Made by a program: the position numbers and the translations under genes. From contig CP075493.1 in NCBI GenBank assembly GCA_021613535.1, positions 17,856,001 to 17,920,000 on the forward strand: a DNA stretch of 64,000 nucleotides, written 5' to 3'. Source of the stretch: Adineta vaga (taxonomy: Eukaryota > Animalia > Rotifera). Below the pieces are notes generated by a model that did no database searches, was not told where the DNA came from, and was given only the letters and a program-made list of their open reading frames with translations. Numbering within the stretch: the stretch's first letter is position 1; every line of letters begins with the position of its first letter. Shown here one piece after another: positions 26,452-37,500 of the stretch.

Positions 26452-26740
26452 TGTTATTGATCTTCTCTTTTACTGTGAAACTTATTGGGATGTGGCAGCC
26501 CGTATTTATCACATAAATTATCATACTGTTTATTTCTGCACGTCATTATCCTTTCCTTTTCTTTCATCTCATTCTTACACCTACCATCATGCGAGTTGTG
26601 GCAGCTCGTATCATCATGGTTTACATGACTCATTCTCAATATACAACATTCTTGTCCATTCTGATTCCTTACATCATTGTTTATTTTTTATCATATATAT
26701 ACTCTCATTACTTGAGTATCTTATATACTTTCTTTTCATC

Positions 26741-27082
26741 ATGAAGTTTTTTCTTCTACTTTTCATTTTGATACAATTACATCTCCTCAATGGCTCATGG
26801 TTCTCACCAAAAGTTGCTTCTCCTACCTCAGATGTCCACGTCAATGTTGTTAACCATGTCGCCGATGTCGTGCATAATTATTCGAATCAATTTCAACCAA
26901 CATGGCGCGATTACTCCATTATCTTTCTTCTTATTGTGGTTATTGGATCTTGTCTCATCGGTTGCTGTTGTCTGGCCTTTGTGTGCTTATATCGTCGGCT
27001 GCTGTTCCAACTTCTTCATCGCACTCCTACTACAGCTCATCATTCTGATAAGCCTACCACTCTTGTCTACATGATTACATAA
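26741..27082 (+). CDS. ORF3: 113-aa env-position type I membrane protein
   Basis: The ATG at 26741 gives signal peptide MKFFLLLFILIQLHLLNG, a ~40-aa ectodomain with an NYS sequon, TM IIFLLIVVIGSCLIGCCCLAFVCLY, then RR. Lies between pol and the PPT. Confidence 0.7.
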   Translation: MKFFLLLFILIQLHLLNGSWFSPKVASPTSDVHVNVVNHVADVVHNYSNQFQPTWRDYSIIFLLIVVIGSCLIGCCCLAFVCLYRRLLFQLLHRTPTTAHHSDKPTTLVYMIT

Positions 27083-27188
27083 ATGCGCGTATTATGGCCA
27101 TCATTTATCTTTTTTCTTCTTTTCTCTCTTTTTCTGTTTTTCAACATTTTTTCGCTACCATGTGCTCTGCTTGTTTGAAGGGGGGAGG

Positions 27189-27357
27189 TGTCACGGCATT
27201 TTGCCGTGATATCTCATGAGTCAAGGCATTCCTTACTCATGTGTATATGACTCCTGAGTCATGTATACATGAGCAAGGATATATATACGCGCTTCGCTTA
27301 TGCTTGAGGGTGTCTTCCCTATTGTATTCTCTTTGATCACAATACATACTCATCACA
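27189..27357 (+). repeat. 3' LTR
   Basis: Preceded by the PPT, followed by TSD GGAAT. Confidence 0.97.
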
Positions 27358-30300
27358 GGAATTAAAAAGATTTATAGCGCATCATTTAATACGTTAATGA
27401 AAAATACTTTACTTGATCACTTTGATTTTATTGATTTTAACAACGATTTCTTCCAATGCGATAAGCTCATCAATGAAAATATTGAATACTGTCGATCAGC
27501 TGTATATGTTATCCAGTTAGATAGTGATAGTGAACAACCATTATTTGCCCAAATAATTTTTATTTTAAAAATCAATGAAAAATGGTGGTTTTTAATGGAT
27601 GTACTTAACACTATATGCTATGACGAAAATTTATTTGCTTGGGAAGTGAAATCAGTTGATCGTTATATAATAATTGATCCATGCCAGTTGAAGTATTATT
27701 GTAAAGGACTAGATATTTACCATGTGAAGAACTCAAGTTTTATTTTATTCATTGGTCGTCTCACCTCGTATTAGTGAGAGTATACACTAGATAATGCTTC
27801 AAAACTCATATCTTGTTTTTATTTTATAGAACTTCACTCTTATAGTTTTATTAACTTTTGATTTTATTCGTTTTCTCGATTTTTTGATGTATTTGATTAT
27901 AACAGCAGAATAGATAGTTTTTATATTAAGAAAGTTATGTCTTTCGTAACGATTTTTTCTTTTAATAAGAGATTTTTCAATAAGAGTAGTTTTAAAAAGT
28001 GAACAAGTTTATTACCTATCGTATCATATGATTTTATCTAAGATATTTACTTTGAAACATTATATATATTTGATCGAGATAGCTATGTTATTTTTTTCAT
28101 GTTACTCTGAACTTTCCTATCTTTTTTATTCATAATATATTAAAAAGAGAAAATTACTTCATTCTTCTGATCTCGACAGCTATACTTTTAAAATAGAGAA
28201 AAGCATTTAAAAAAAGAATCATTTCATTGATACATAATAAATTTTATTCTTTTTAGAATTTGATATTGATGGTCGGACATTGGATATGATGAATACTGTC
28301 GAAAGAATTTCGACAGTCATACCAAAATTCAAATTGCAATTACTCTTTTTAGAAGAACGAGAAAAATTATTTAAACGAAATACTGATACTTTAACTGAAG
28401 GTGATGATTCATCATCAAACATTACAACCAATCCTCAAGCATCATTTATTTCTACTGATTCATCACCTGACTGTATACCAAAATCACTCATTCATAACTC
28501 GATATCTGTTCCATGTAATAATACTACGAATATTAATGCATCATTTCCTGATGAATATACTATTCCACAATTACCAGATGGTTTACTTAAAAATATTGAA
28601 AACGGTACTTTAAAAACATTTGGTCCACATTGTGCAAATCGTCAGATATTGATTGATGCAATTAGTTATGATTTGATCAACAAATACAAACCCTTGTAAG
28701 TTGAAAAAACGAATTGATTATGATAATGATGAGAAAAAGATGCACACATTATTCATTTTTTGATATATAAAAAAATTCTCCTGTATATTTCTTTCGAAAA
28801 TTTATTAGAAATATATAACTAGTACTTCCGCTATCGATAATAATTCCTTTTCCAATGTAGAGATATTCTTAATTTTCTCTTTTATTTCATTCACTACTAT
28901 CAAAATATATTAGTTGTGTTATAGATGGTATATATTCTAAAAACTACGTGAAAATAATTTCTCTTGAAGAGAAAATTCTTGAAGTTCACTCTAGTTCCTT
29001 TCATTCTTTTTTTTCCTTATTAGCTATCCAAAACCAGAATAATTTGATTCAATCGCTAAAGCAATCGTCAAATTCCTGAATTTGCCAAGAACAAAAGAAA
29101 ACATCGTAAGTTCATTTCAATAGTTTAAAATAAAATGTATTTTTTTCTTTACATAGATCATATGGAAGGATACATTACAAACAAAACTAAAACGTAAACG
29201 TACTGAACATTTAGATAATATTATCGTTCAAAACTATCGTTTAAAATATGCACGCTCAGGATCTGGACGTCCTGTAAAACGAAGACTTGATGAAACAGCA
29301 AAACGAGATCGATATACACAAGTAAGTTAAAGCTGAATACTTTATGTTACTTTATCTTTTTTTTCTAGATGATTATGTTGCCGCACAACGATGAAACATC
29401 TGATGATGTTCAAGCAAAAGCAAATGAATTACGAAATTTATCTGAAGTTGATGTTCTTACACAATTAAAATTATGGCAAGAAACAGTATATTTTCGTCGT
29501 CAATCTATCAACAATCAATCAACTCAAGATATAATAAATGATTTTCCTGGCTATTCAAATCCATTACTGGTAAATTAATATGCTTCTTATTAATTTATTT
29601 TACTTAAGAAGTTTATTTTTACAACAGATTTTTGAAGAGGTGAAAATGTTAACGAACACTGATTTACCTGCAGCAGTACGACGACAAGTACCTGAATTAA
29701 TTAATAAAATACCGTCAACATCATTTATTACAGGTAAATATATAAATTAATATATATTGATTGATAGTTATTTGATTTTAGAATCACCTGCTATTCGATT
29801 AATTAAAATATTGTGTAAAGAATTTCGTGAACCTATTCCACATCTATTTTGTGATGAGGTAATTTTTTTTCTATGATAACTAGAATACATCGTTGAGGTA
29901 TTTATATTAAAGAATTTCAATAGAAAAACATATGAGATTCATTTGAACTGATGCATATGTATATCAATAAATAGATATTTCATATAAAAAAGCACATAAA
30001 TAGGCTTGATTTTTTTTTAAAGTAAAAGCAATTTTAATTGGTATTTATTTTATCCAATCATGTTCTCTCTATGATTCATTTGTTCTTATATACTTATATT
30101 TGATTTTAATGATATATTTGACGGAAAATTTAAAAATCATTAATTTGTATAGCAACCATCTACACCATATCCAACATTATTTTATATTGATAACATTATT
30201 CATATTTATGTGGATTTTATTTCAATTGTCTCAACAAATTCAATAGATGATGCTGTTGCACTTCTCATCGCTATGTATACAATTTTTGGTTTAACATTTG

Positions 30301-30493
30301 ATAAAAAAAGTCGTGCAGTTCGACTTCTTTATGCTGTATTACATGCTGAAACAAGATATTTAACTAATTCTGTTCGTATTTTGATGAAGGAAAAAGGTAT
30401 CGATGTTTATGCTGAACAGCAATATCAACCAAAGCAACATCAAACCATATCAAATTCATCTGCAAATATTTCAACAACACCTGCAATCGGGTC

Positions 30494-30533
30494 ACAAACA
30501 CAAACACAAACACAAACACAAACACAAACACAA
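30494..30533 (+). repeat. (ACACAA)n microsatellite encoding a TQ repeat
   Basis: About six tandem ACACAA units in the 30153-30673 exon; absent from copy 2. Confidence 0.85.
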
Positions 30534-32679
30534 TTACAATCACAAACCTCAATCAATTCGTCAAATGATTCTTCGATTCAGATCAATTCTCTTGCTGTGA
30601 ATCAATCAACTGAAAATAAATCATCCAATGAAAATCGTATTTCAAATGAAAATTTAAATTCTGATACAAATGAGTAAGTTCTATTTTCTAGATTGATCTA
30701 TAACATAATGTTTACAATCTTGTTTCGTGTAGAAGAAGTAACAGCATTGAAAAAACATCATCACTCAACCTCGATTCACAACAACAAACAAAACAACGAA
30801 AAAGACAAAGAAAAAATTTGACTTCTGTCGAAACAAATGATCATCAAATTGTATCTATTAATCCAATTCCATTTAATGATCTTACTAACTCGAATTTGAC
30901 TTCACGTCCAAAACGAACACGAAGAATTTAATCTATGTTTAAATTATTAACTAATTCAAATATTCCAGATTTTTTTTTATTTCGTTAAAAAATATTTTCA
31001 TTCAAGATGTGATATCTGATTGTCATTTCTTTTCTATTCATCTTTACCGTTCACTTTTTCTTTAATATACATCATAGTCAAATATACAAATATTAAACTG
31101 TTATAAATTAAGTTCTATTTTTCTTCATTAAATCTGACAAATACAAAAATTATTTCAATTAATTTACATCAATCTATAAAGCAAAAGCTGCATCTACTGT
31201 ATCTTTTTCTTTTTTTTCGTTCAATAAACAGAATTATCTTATTTAAACAAAATCATCCGTTCATAAATAATTTATTTAATCAATTTTTTCGTTTTTCTTG
31301 CTCGGCTGATTCAAGTTAATGTTTTAGTTTATCTTTTAAAAATTTCTTTAAAAAGATATCAATTTTTATTTCTTGTTTTCTTCAACCATCGACCCAATTT
31401 AATATACATCACTTCTGCAGCAATTGTGTACATCCTTGTAATTTACATAAGTACATCTAACTATTTATAATATATACAATTTAAATCCATCGAACGTTCA
31501 ATAATGAATGAATCTTTTAAATAACCTTTGTCTTTTTCGAACATTATCTCAATTCAACCAGAAGCATGCATTGTAATTAACATACGACATTATTTATTTC
31601 TTTTCTTAATCTCTTTATCGATTAATTATGACTTCGTTGAGCAGGATTCATCCTCTCATACACACTTTCACTTTAATTTCTTCGTCTTTTTTTCCTTCAA
31701 TCAGTTTCTCATTTTCATCGATAATCTTAGTTCACGAACATCAAATATTCTGTTTTTTTCGTCTATTCTTTTTTCCATAAGTTTATGAATTCAATTTTGC
31801 TGGTACGAGTTTTTTTCGTGGTGTTTGATGCACATACTCAATTTTTATTCATCGTATTGGAAGGATGAAGTTAATATGTAAGTATTGCTTATATATTTTA
31901 TTTAAAAAACATCTGTTTATATTTACAAAACGATACAATCAACATGTGAGTATTGTTGAAAACTATTTAATGTTTTATAAAATATTCACGATTAGATTTT
32001 AATTTAGATAAATATGCAAACGTCGTTCCAAAGGACAATCTATCTAATTAACATTTATAGAGTGTCGGTAAGTATATAAATAATATTTCAGAAATGTAGT
32101 TTGATTCTTACACATATTTAGATTCTTTTTCAACACATGGGTTTTGCTTTACTTTAAAAACAAATGAATTTAGAAGTAGCGGTGAACGGATTTTTTTTCT
32201 TGTGAATTCAAGTGCATAACAATTCCAAGTCAATTAGTGAGTGGTAATTCGAACAATCGATCATTTTATAGCATAATCAAGTTTCCTTCGAACCGAACTT
32301 ATCAAGTAAACGACATTCACTAAGCAGTTTTTCTCATATTTTCAGGTACATAACAACATCAGACCAACATACAACTATCCTGTAGTAACATTGATTATTC
32401 CCACATAGAATTAAGTTCATAACAACGACAAGTTAATGCGTAAGTGATATTTTGAAAGATTAATTATCCTCTAATACCTTTAGGTGTGCTTTGACTACAA
32501 ATTGTTTGGGCAAAAGCATTTAATTTAACTCTGCCTATATATGGAGGCTCTTTCAAAAATCAGGTGAACGTGAGAGTGATCGTTAATGAAATAAGATTGA
32601 ATAAAATCTTTTCTTTTCTATTTAGTTCCTAACGGTACATCGATTGTCATCTTCTTTTCCATTATTTTCCAATTGAAAC

Positions 32680-33525
32680 AACTAATCAACTGACTGAACA
32701 ACCTTCTGATATATCCTTTGTCAGTTGATACCACTGATCAACCGACTAAACAACCTTTTGATAAACCCTTTGTGAGTTGATGCAACTGATCAACCGACTA
32801 AACAACCCTCTGATATACCCTTCGTCAGTTGATGCAACTGATCAACCGACTGAACAACCTTCTGATAAACCCTTTGTAAGTTGATGCAACTGATCAACCG
32901 ACTGAACAACCTTCTGATAAACTCTTCTACAGTTGATATCACTGATCAACTGATTGGAAAACCTTCTGATAAGCCCTTTGTGAGTTGATGCAACTGATCA
33001 ACCGACTAAACAACCTTCTGATATATCCTTTGTCAGTTGATACCACTGATCAACCGACTAAACAACCTTTTGATAAACCCTTTGTGAGTTGATGCAACTG
33101 ATCAACCGACTAAACAACCCTCTGATATACCCTTCGTCAGTTGATGCAACTGATCAACCGACTGAACAACCTTCTGATAAACCCTTTGTAAGTTGATGCA
33201 ACTGATCAACCGACTGAACAACCTTCTGATAAACTCTTCTACAGTTGATATCACTGATCAACTGATTGGAAAACCTTCTGATAAGCCCTTTGTGAGTTGA
33301 TGCAACTGATCAACCGACTAAACAACCTTCTGATATACCCTTCGTCAGTTGATGCAACTGATCAACCGATTGAACAACCTTCTGATAAACTCTTCTACAG
33401 TTGATATCACTCATCAACCGACTGAACAACCTTTTGATATACCCTTTGTCAGTTGATGCAAGTGATCAACCGACTGAACAATCTTTTGATAAACCCTTTG
33501 TCGGTTGATATCACTGATCAACTGA
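32680..33525. repeat. 52-bp tandem array (~16 units), 3' subterminal region of CACTA copy 1
   Basis: Unit GTTGATGCAACTGATCAACCGACTGAACAACCTTCTGATAAACCCTTTGTAA (starts at 32828, 32880...); a 312-bp (6-unit) higher-order duplication at 32701 / 33013. Confidence 0.95.
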
Positions 33526-33888
33526 GTGAGAGTGGCATACCTTTTCACCATTGTTCACTCTGATATACGTTTTGATAAACGTTTTCTTGAGGATATTATG
33601 ACTTGATCAACTGTTTTTTTCTGTTACTTTTATGGGTAGATTAGTGGGTTTATCACATTCTGATAAATGGTAACAAAGGGTATATTATTCGTTGCACTCT
33701 GATCAACCTTTAAAAGGTTTATCATTCTTCGGATTTTTTTTTCAGTGTATGGAGATCGAATCTTACCATTTAACAGCCCCTCTGATTAACTATACGACTA
33801 CGCATTTGAGAAACCCTGAAGCTGCAGGTTATCTGAGCCATATTTAGGCTACTTGATATCGAAATATACCTTTTTTTCGCATTTTGAG

Positions 33889-34199
33889 TAGCGGCGCCGC
33901 CAGGATTTTCATTCAGGGTGGGCTCACTATTAGCGGTGACGCTAGAGAGAGCAGGGAAAGAAATTTTTTTTGGCCATTTTTAGTAATTTTTGAAAAATTT
34001 TCTCCTGAATTCGAAAAGTTTTCCAGAAAACCAAAACTGACGAGCAAAAAAGAAAAAACGCTGTACCCCCCTCCTGCACTGGTCCGGGTCCACGAACAAC
34101 CGTAAGCCCTAACCACATCTTTATTGAAGCCCCCTTAAAAAAAAATCTGGGTGTTTTCTGAAGCAGGGTGGGCTCAGCCCACCCTTGGCGCCGCCACTA
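33889..34199. mobile_element. hAT-like MITE
   Basis: TIR TAGCGGCG / CGCCACTA; perfect 8-bp TSD ATTTTGAG. Confidence 0.8.
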
Positions 34200-34210
34200 A
34201 TTTTGAGATC

Positions 34211-34648
34211 TTTTTGTGTACTCAAAAAGTGAGTACACTATAGAATCGGTCAGTGTGTCCGTCCGTCCGTCCGTCCGTTTACACGATAACTTTCGACAGA
34301 AGTAGCAGATCGTGCTGAAATTTTTTGCATAGCTCAGTCTCATCAACATCTCGGTCGAGTTCGAAGATGAGAAGGATCCGTCAACATATAGGTGAGTTAT
34401 CGAAAAAATAACCATTTTCGACCAGACCAACCCTGAGGGGGAGTACAGGGATTTTCAAAAATATTTTTTTTTCTCAGAGCTATCTAAACTATATATAGTT
34501 CGACTCAGTTTTTCACGCTGATTCCGAATCTGATATTAGTTTTGAACCAACTTTTAGTTTTCTAGTCGATCGAAACCAAACTGTCGTTGACTTCACTTTT
34601 TAAAGTACACATAACACTCGGATTTCAATCCAAGGTTTCCGCATTTAT
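34211..34648 (+). mobile_element. Helentron-associated interspersed element (HINE, DINE-1-like)
   Basis: 5' hairpin GTGTACTC-AAAAAGT-GAGTACAC, (GTCC)n microsatellite, 3' AGTACAC sub-TIR followed by CTCGGATTTCAATCCAAGGTTTCCGCATTTATT; T-rich ends. Confidence 0.7.
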
Positions 34649-35574
34649 TGAAGCATTGCATCATTAGAAAACTATGGTTTTGTTCAAAACTGAGCTCATC
34701 TATATATGTTTTAAATCATTTTGAGAAAAAAATCTCTTTTTGAAAAAAACCCGTACTCTCTCAAAAATGACCAAGTAGAAAATCACAATTTTTTCAATCA
34801 CTCAGCTATTTCTTTATGAATCCCTCTCGTCTACGAACTCGATCGAGATATTTAAAATTGTTTCTATTGATACTTCGCTAGTTTCCAGTACGACAGAAAG
34901 AATCCCAGCTCAACTTCACTCTATGGGATCCGGCAGGGTCCTCGATGTTTCCGACAACTTCCGACCGACTTCCTGCACCAGGGATTCCGACGAATTCCTA
35001 TTGGATCCGACAAAATCCGGTATTTTTTCGGACAGGATCCGGATGTCGGATTACTCGTCGTGAGATTATTCCAATGCACATAGTGGATTCTTGTACTCTC
35101 CAAAGCATGCATCAATTTCAGTTCGGGTCTAATTCTAGGATTGGTCGGTATTGGTGGGATTAGAATGGGAATCGAGCGGAATTGATTAAAATTGGTTTTG
35201 GAATTGACTACGAATGATTAACAACTTTGACGGGATTAGTTGGATCTGATAGAAAATCAAGTCACATGAGTGTGGTTTTCGAAAAACCGCATATTATTTG
35301 CCGAGACTACTCGAAAGCAGTTTCAATTCTGTTGCACCTACAAATCTCTTTGAACGGATTTGAGCAATTACAAATAGTTTTTGTGTAATGCTAACTAATT
35401 CTTTGCTATTCCGACCGATTGTTGATCAATTTTTGACCAATTTCAATTCCAATTCTAAGCAATTTCAGTTGCAATTCTGACCAATTCCAATTCTAGAATT
35501 AGAACTAGAATTGGTGCATTCCTATACGCTGCATCAGAGATGATCACAGGGTAATTTTACATACGCTGTCCTGC

Positions 35575-36261
35575 TAGGGAACTGCAAAATTACTTTTTCT
35601 TGGTCCAGGTTCCAACTCTGTTGAAAACTTTACGCGAACTTTGGTAATCATCCATCAGATATGATATCGTTTCTGAAATTCAAAGTTTGTTTTTTGATAA
35701 TGAAAATGACCGATTTTGAACCAGCGCTGTTTATCGATTTCAACTGAGTGAATCGAATGAATAGCCTATTGCAATAGTATCCCATTTGTTAAACTTACGC
35801 TCGAAACAGTTTTGGAAGATTGAACACAAGTTTTATACCGATTTTTGTGTTTTGAGGAAGCGTCGACGAATTTTTTGAATACAAAGTAGAACAACAGAAC
35901 TATAGTAGTATCAGGACATAACAAAAAAGTGAGAAAAAGTCCGCAAATATATACTAAAAATATCATCGCATCCATTTAGGCACTTTTTCTTTCGAGTACT
36001 GAAAAACCCGCACAAAATATGGAAAGATTCAGATTATTCAACATGGTATTCGTGCTCAACTAAAAAATTTTATGAGATTTATTGGTTAAAAACTATCGAA
36101 TTCAGAGATTTTCAGCCCAAATAAAATAAAATATAATAAATAATAAACGAATTTTTGATTAAAAGTAATGATCGGGACCAATTGAAAACTTTTGGTCTCC
36201 TACTGGTCTTGTTAAAAACTAAAATTTTGGTTCCTGGTCGGGTCACGATTGCAGTTTCCTA
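35575..36261. mobile_element. Non-autonomous hAT sharing its TIR with the hAT at 59458
   Basis: TAGGGAACTGCAA...TTGCAGTTTCCTA; 8-bp TSD TGTCCTGC / TGTCGTGC. Confidence 0.7.
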
Positions 36262-37059
36262 TGTCGTGCCCTAATTGGGTAATGAAAAAAGAAAAAAACG
36301 CACCCTATCCTGCCCTATAGAGTACCCTGTATATTTGACTTAATATTAGACTTTTCTAATGAATCGAGTTCCAAAACAACACTGGTTCTAGATTATATTA
36401 TAAAACGTTGTTTTAATCAAACTAAATTATAATAGCATAGTCCAACAACTAATGTAATAAAGAAAATAATAGATCTTCAATAAAGATCACTTTTTACTTT
36501 AGTTTAGAACGATCTTTGACAATAGCACAAGAAAATACACAGAAAAAACCTCACTAACAAAAAAAGCAACACAACAAGACAATTTTTTTTTATGCATGTG
36601 TCTTCCTATATATTGAATTATTAACATTTTATCAAGTTTATATGCTTATAGATTTCACTGAAAAAAAAAAGAGTAGAGTGATAAACCTTTAAAACGTTTA
36701 TCAGAGTGCAACGGATAATATACCCTTTTCTACCATTTATCAAAGTCTATTAAACCCTTCTATCTACTCCTAAAAAAAGGTTTAGAGAAAGGTTTATCAA
36801 CTTAAAACACTCTTTGGAATACGGTTTATCAAAACGTTGATCTGATTAAAAAACGCAAAAAGGGTATGTTATTCGTTGCATTCCTATAAACCCTTTGACA
36901 AGGTATTTCAAAATTATATATCCGCTAATACTATTACATGTAGTCGTTTATAATTTGGTATATCATAAAATGATACCCTATTATTTGGTTTAGTACAGCT
37001 AACATAAAGGGTAGATTCGCCTTATTAACTGCAGAAGAGTTGGGCAGGACGTAGTTCAA

Positions 37060-37500
37060 GTGATTGATCAGTTCCATAAACTTGGAAAGGGTTCTTCATA
37101 TGGTACTGCAGATGGTTGATCAGTTCCATGAATCAAGGAAGGGTTCTTCATATGGTACTGCAGATGGTTGATCAATTCCATAAACTTGGAAAGGGTTCTT
37201 CAAATGGTACTGCAGACCGTTGATCAGTTCCATGAACCTAGAAAGGGTTCTTCAAACGGTACTGCAGACCGTTGATCAATCGCATGAACTTGGAAAGGGT
37301 TCTTCAAATGGTACTGCAGATGGTTGATCAGTTCCATGAATCAAGGAAGGGTTCTTCATATGGTAGTGTAGATGGTTGATCAGTTCCATAAACCTGGAAA
37401 AGGTTCTTCAAATGGTACTGCAGATGGTTGATCAATTCCATAAACTTGGAAAGAGTTCTTCAGATGATACTGCATATGGTTGATCAGTTGCATGAACTTA
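37060..37500. repeat. 52-bp tandem array (~8 units), 3' subterminal region of CACTA copy 2
   Basis: Unit GATGGTTGATCAGTTCCATAAACTTGGAAAGGGTTCTTCAAATGGTACTGCA; its reverse complement aligns without gaps to the copy-1 unit (39/52 by manual count). Confidence 0.93.

Larger units (their letters stand above)
21314..27357 (+). mobile_element. Ty3/Gypsy LTR retrotransposon, full length, with ORF3
   Basis: LTRs 21314-21482 and 27189-27357 (169 bp, TG..CA, one mismatch); 5-bp TSD GGAAT; PBS TGGTGCACTGGCCGG; PPT GAAGGGGGGAGG at 27177-27188; domain order gag-PR-RT-RH-IN. Confidence 0.97.
18246..27774 (+). pseudogene. EnSpm/CACTA transposase with N-terminal C2H2 zinc fingers, copy 1, interrupted by Gypsy
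   Basis: Exons 18246-19379, 19623-20094, 20758-21313 + 27363-27774; 857 aa once the Gypsy and one TSD are removed. Motifs CPLC..HITLYH, LQLYIDD, VADNLAANWLGGF..CRRC, DCMHDFLEG, KAHF..YGP..WCLRYESHH. Confidence 0.9.
17804..30931 (+). pseudogene. CACTA copy 1 second gene: SAM-domain (SAMD3-like) protein, 9 coding exons, one nonsense codon
   Basis: Exons 17804-17885, 28257-28695, 29024-29105, 29157-29321, 29369-29569, 29628-29733, 29782-29858, 30153-30673, 30733-30931. Exons 1+2 give MMNWSCEQVIRWCRTFIDHDSIISRIE/EFDIDGRTLDMMNTVERISTVIPKFKLQLLFLEEREKL (SAM-like). TAA at 29040-29042 where copy 2 has CAA (Gln). Basic NLS-like C-terminus RPKRTRRI. Confidence 0.8.
16268..33747 (+). mobile_element. 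EnSpm/CACTA (CMC superfamily) DNA transposon, copy 1 (contains a Gypsy insertion)
   Basis: Termini CACTGAAAAAAATATCCG...CGGATTTTTTTTTCAGTG; 2-bp TSD TA/TA; transposase and second gene inside; subterminal arrays; both ends homologous to those of copy 2. Confidence 0.92.

Noticed and set aside
26264-26740. 272-aa ORF3 starting at 26264
   Set aside because: Its 5' part overlaps the integrase tail out of frame and a low-complexity spacer; the signal peptide points to the ATG at 26741.
30364-30600. FV-repeat and KH-repeat ORFs
   Set aside because: Alternative frames of the (ACACAA)n microsatellite.
32680-33525. 52-bp arrays as a CRISPR array
   Set aside because: Units are head-to-tail with no unique spacers, there are no cas genes, and the context is a eukaryotic transposon end.
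34904-35524. Two further MITE-like repeats (CCCAG-start with GGATCCG motifs; GAATTG-rich with a TAGGAATGCA end)
   Set aside because: Ends and TSDs are too decayed to fix boundaries; their ORFs (34921-35163) look spurious.
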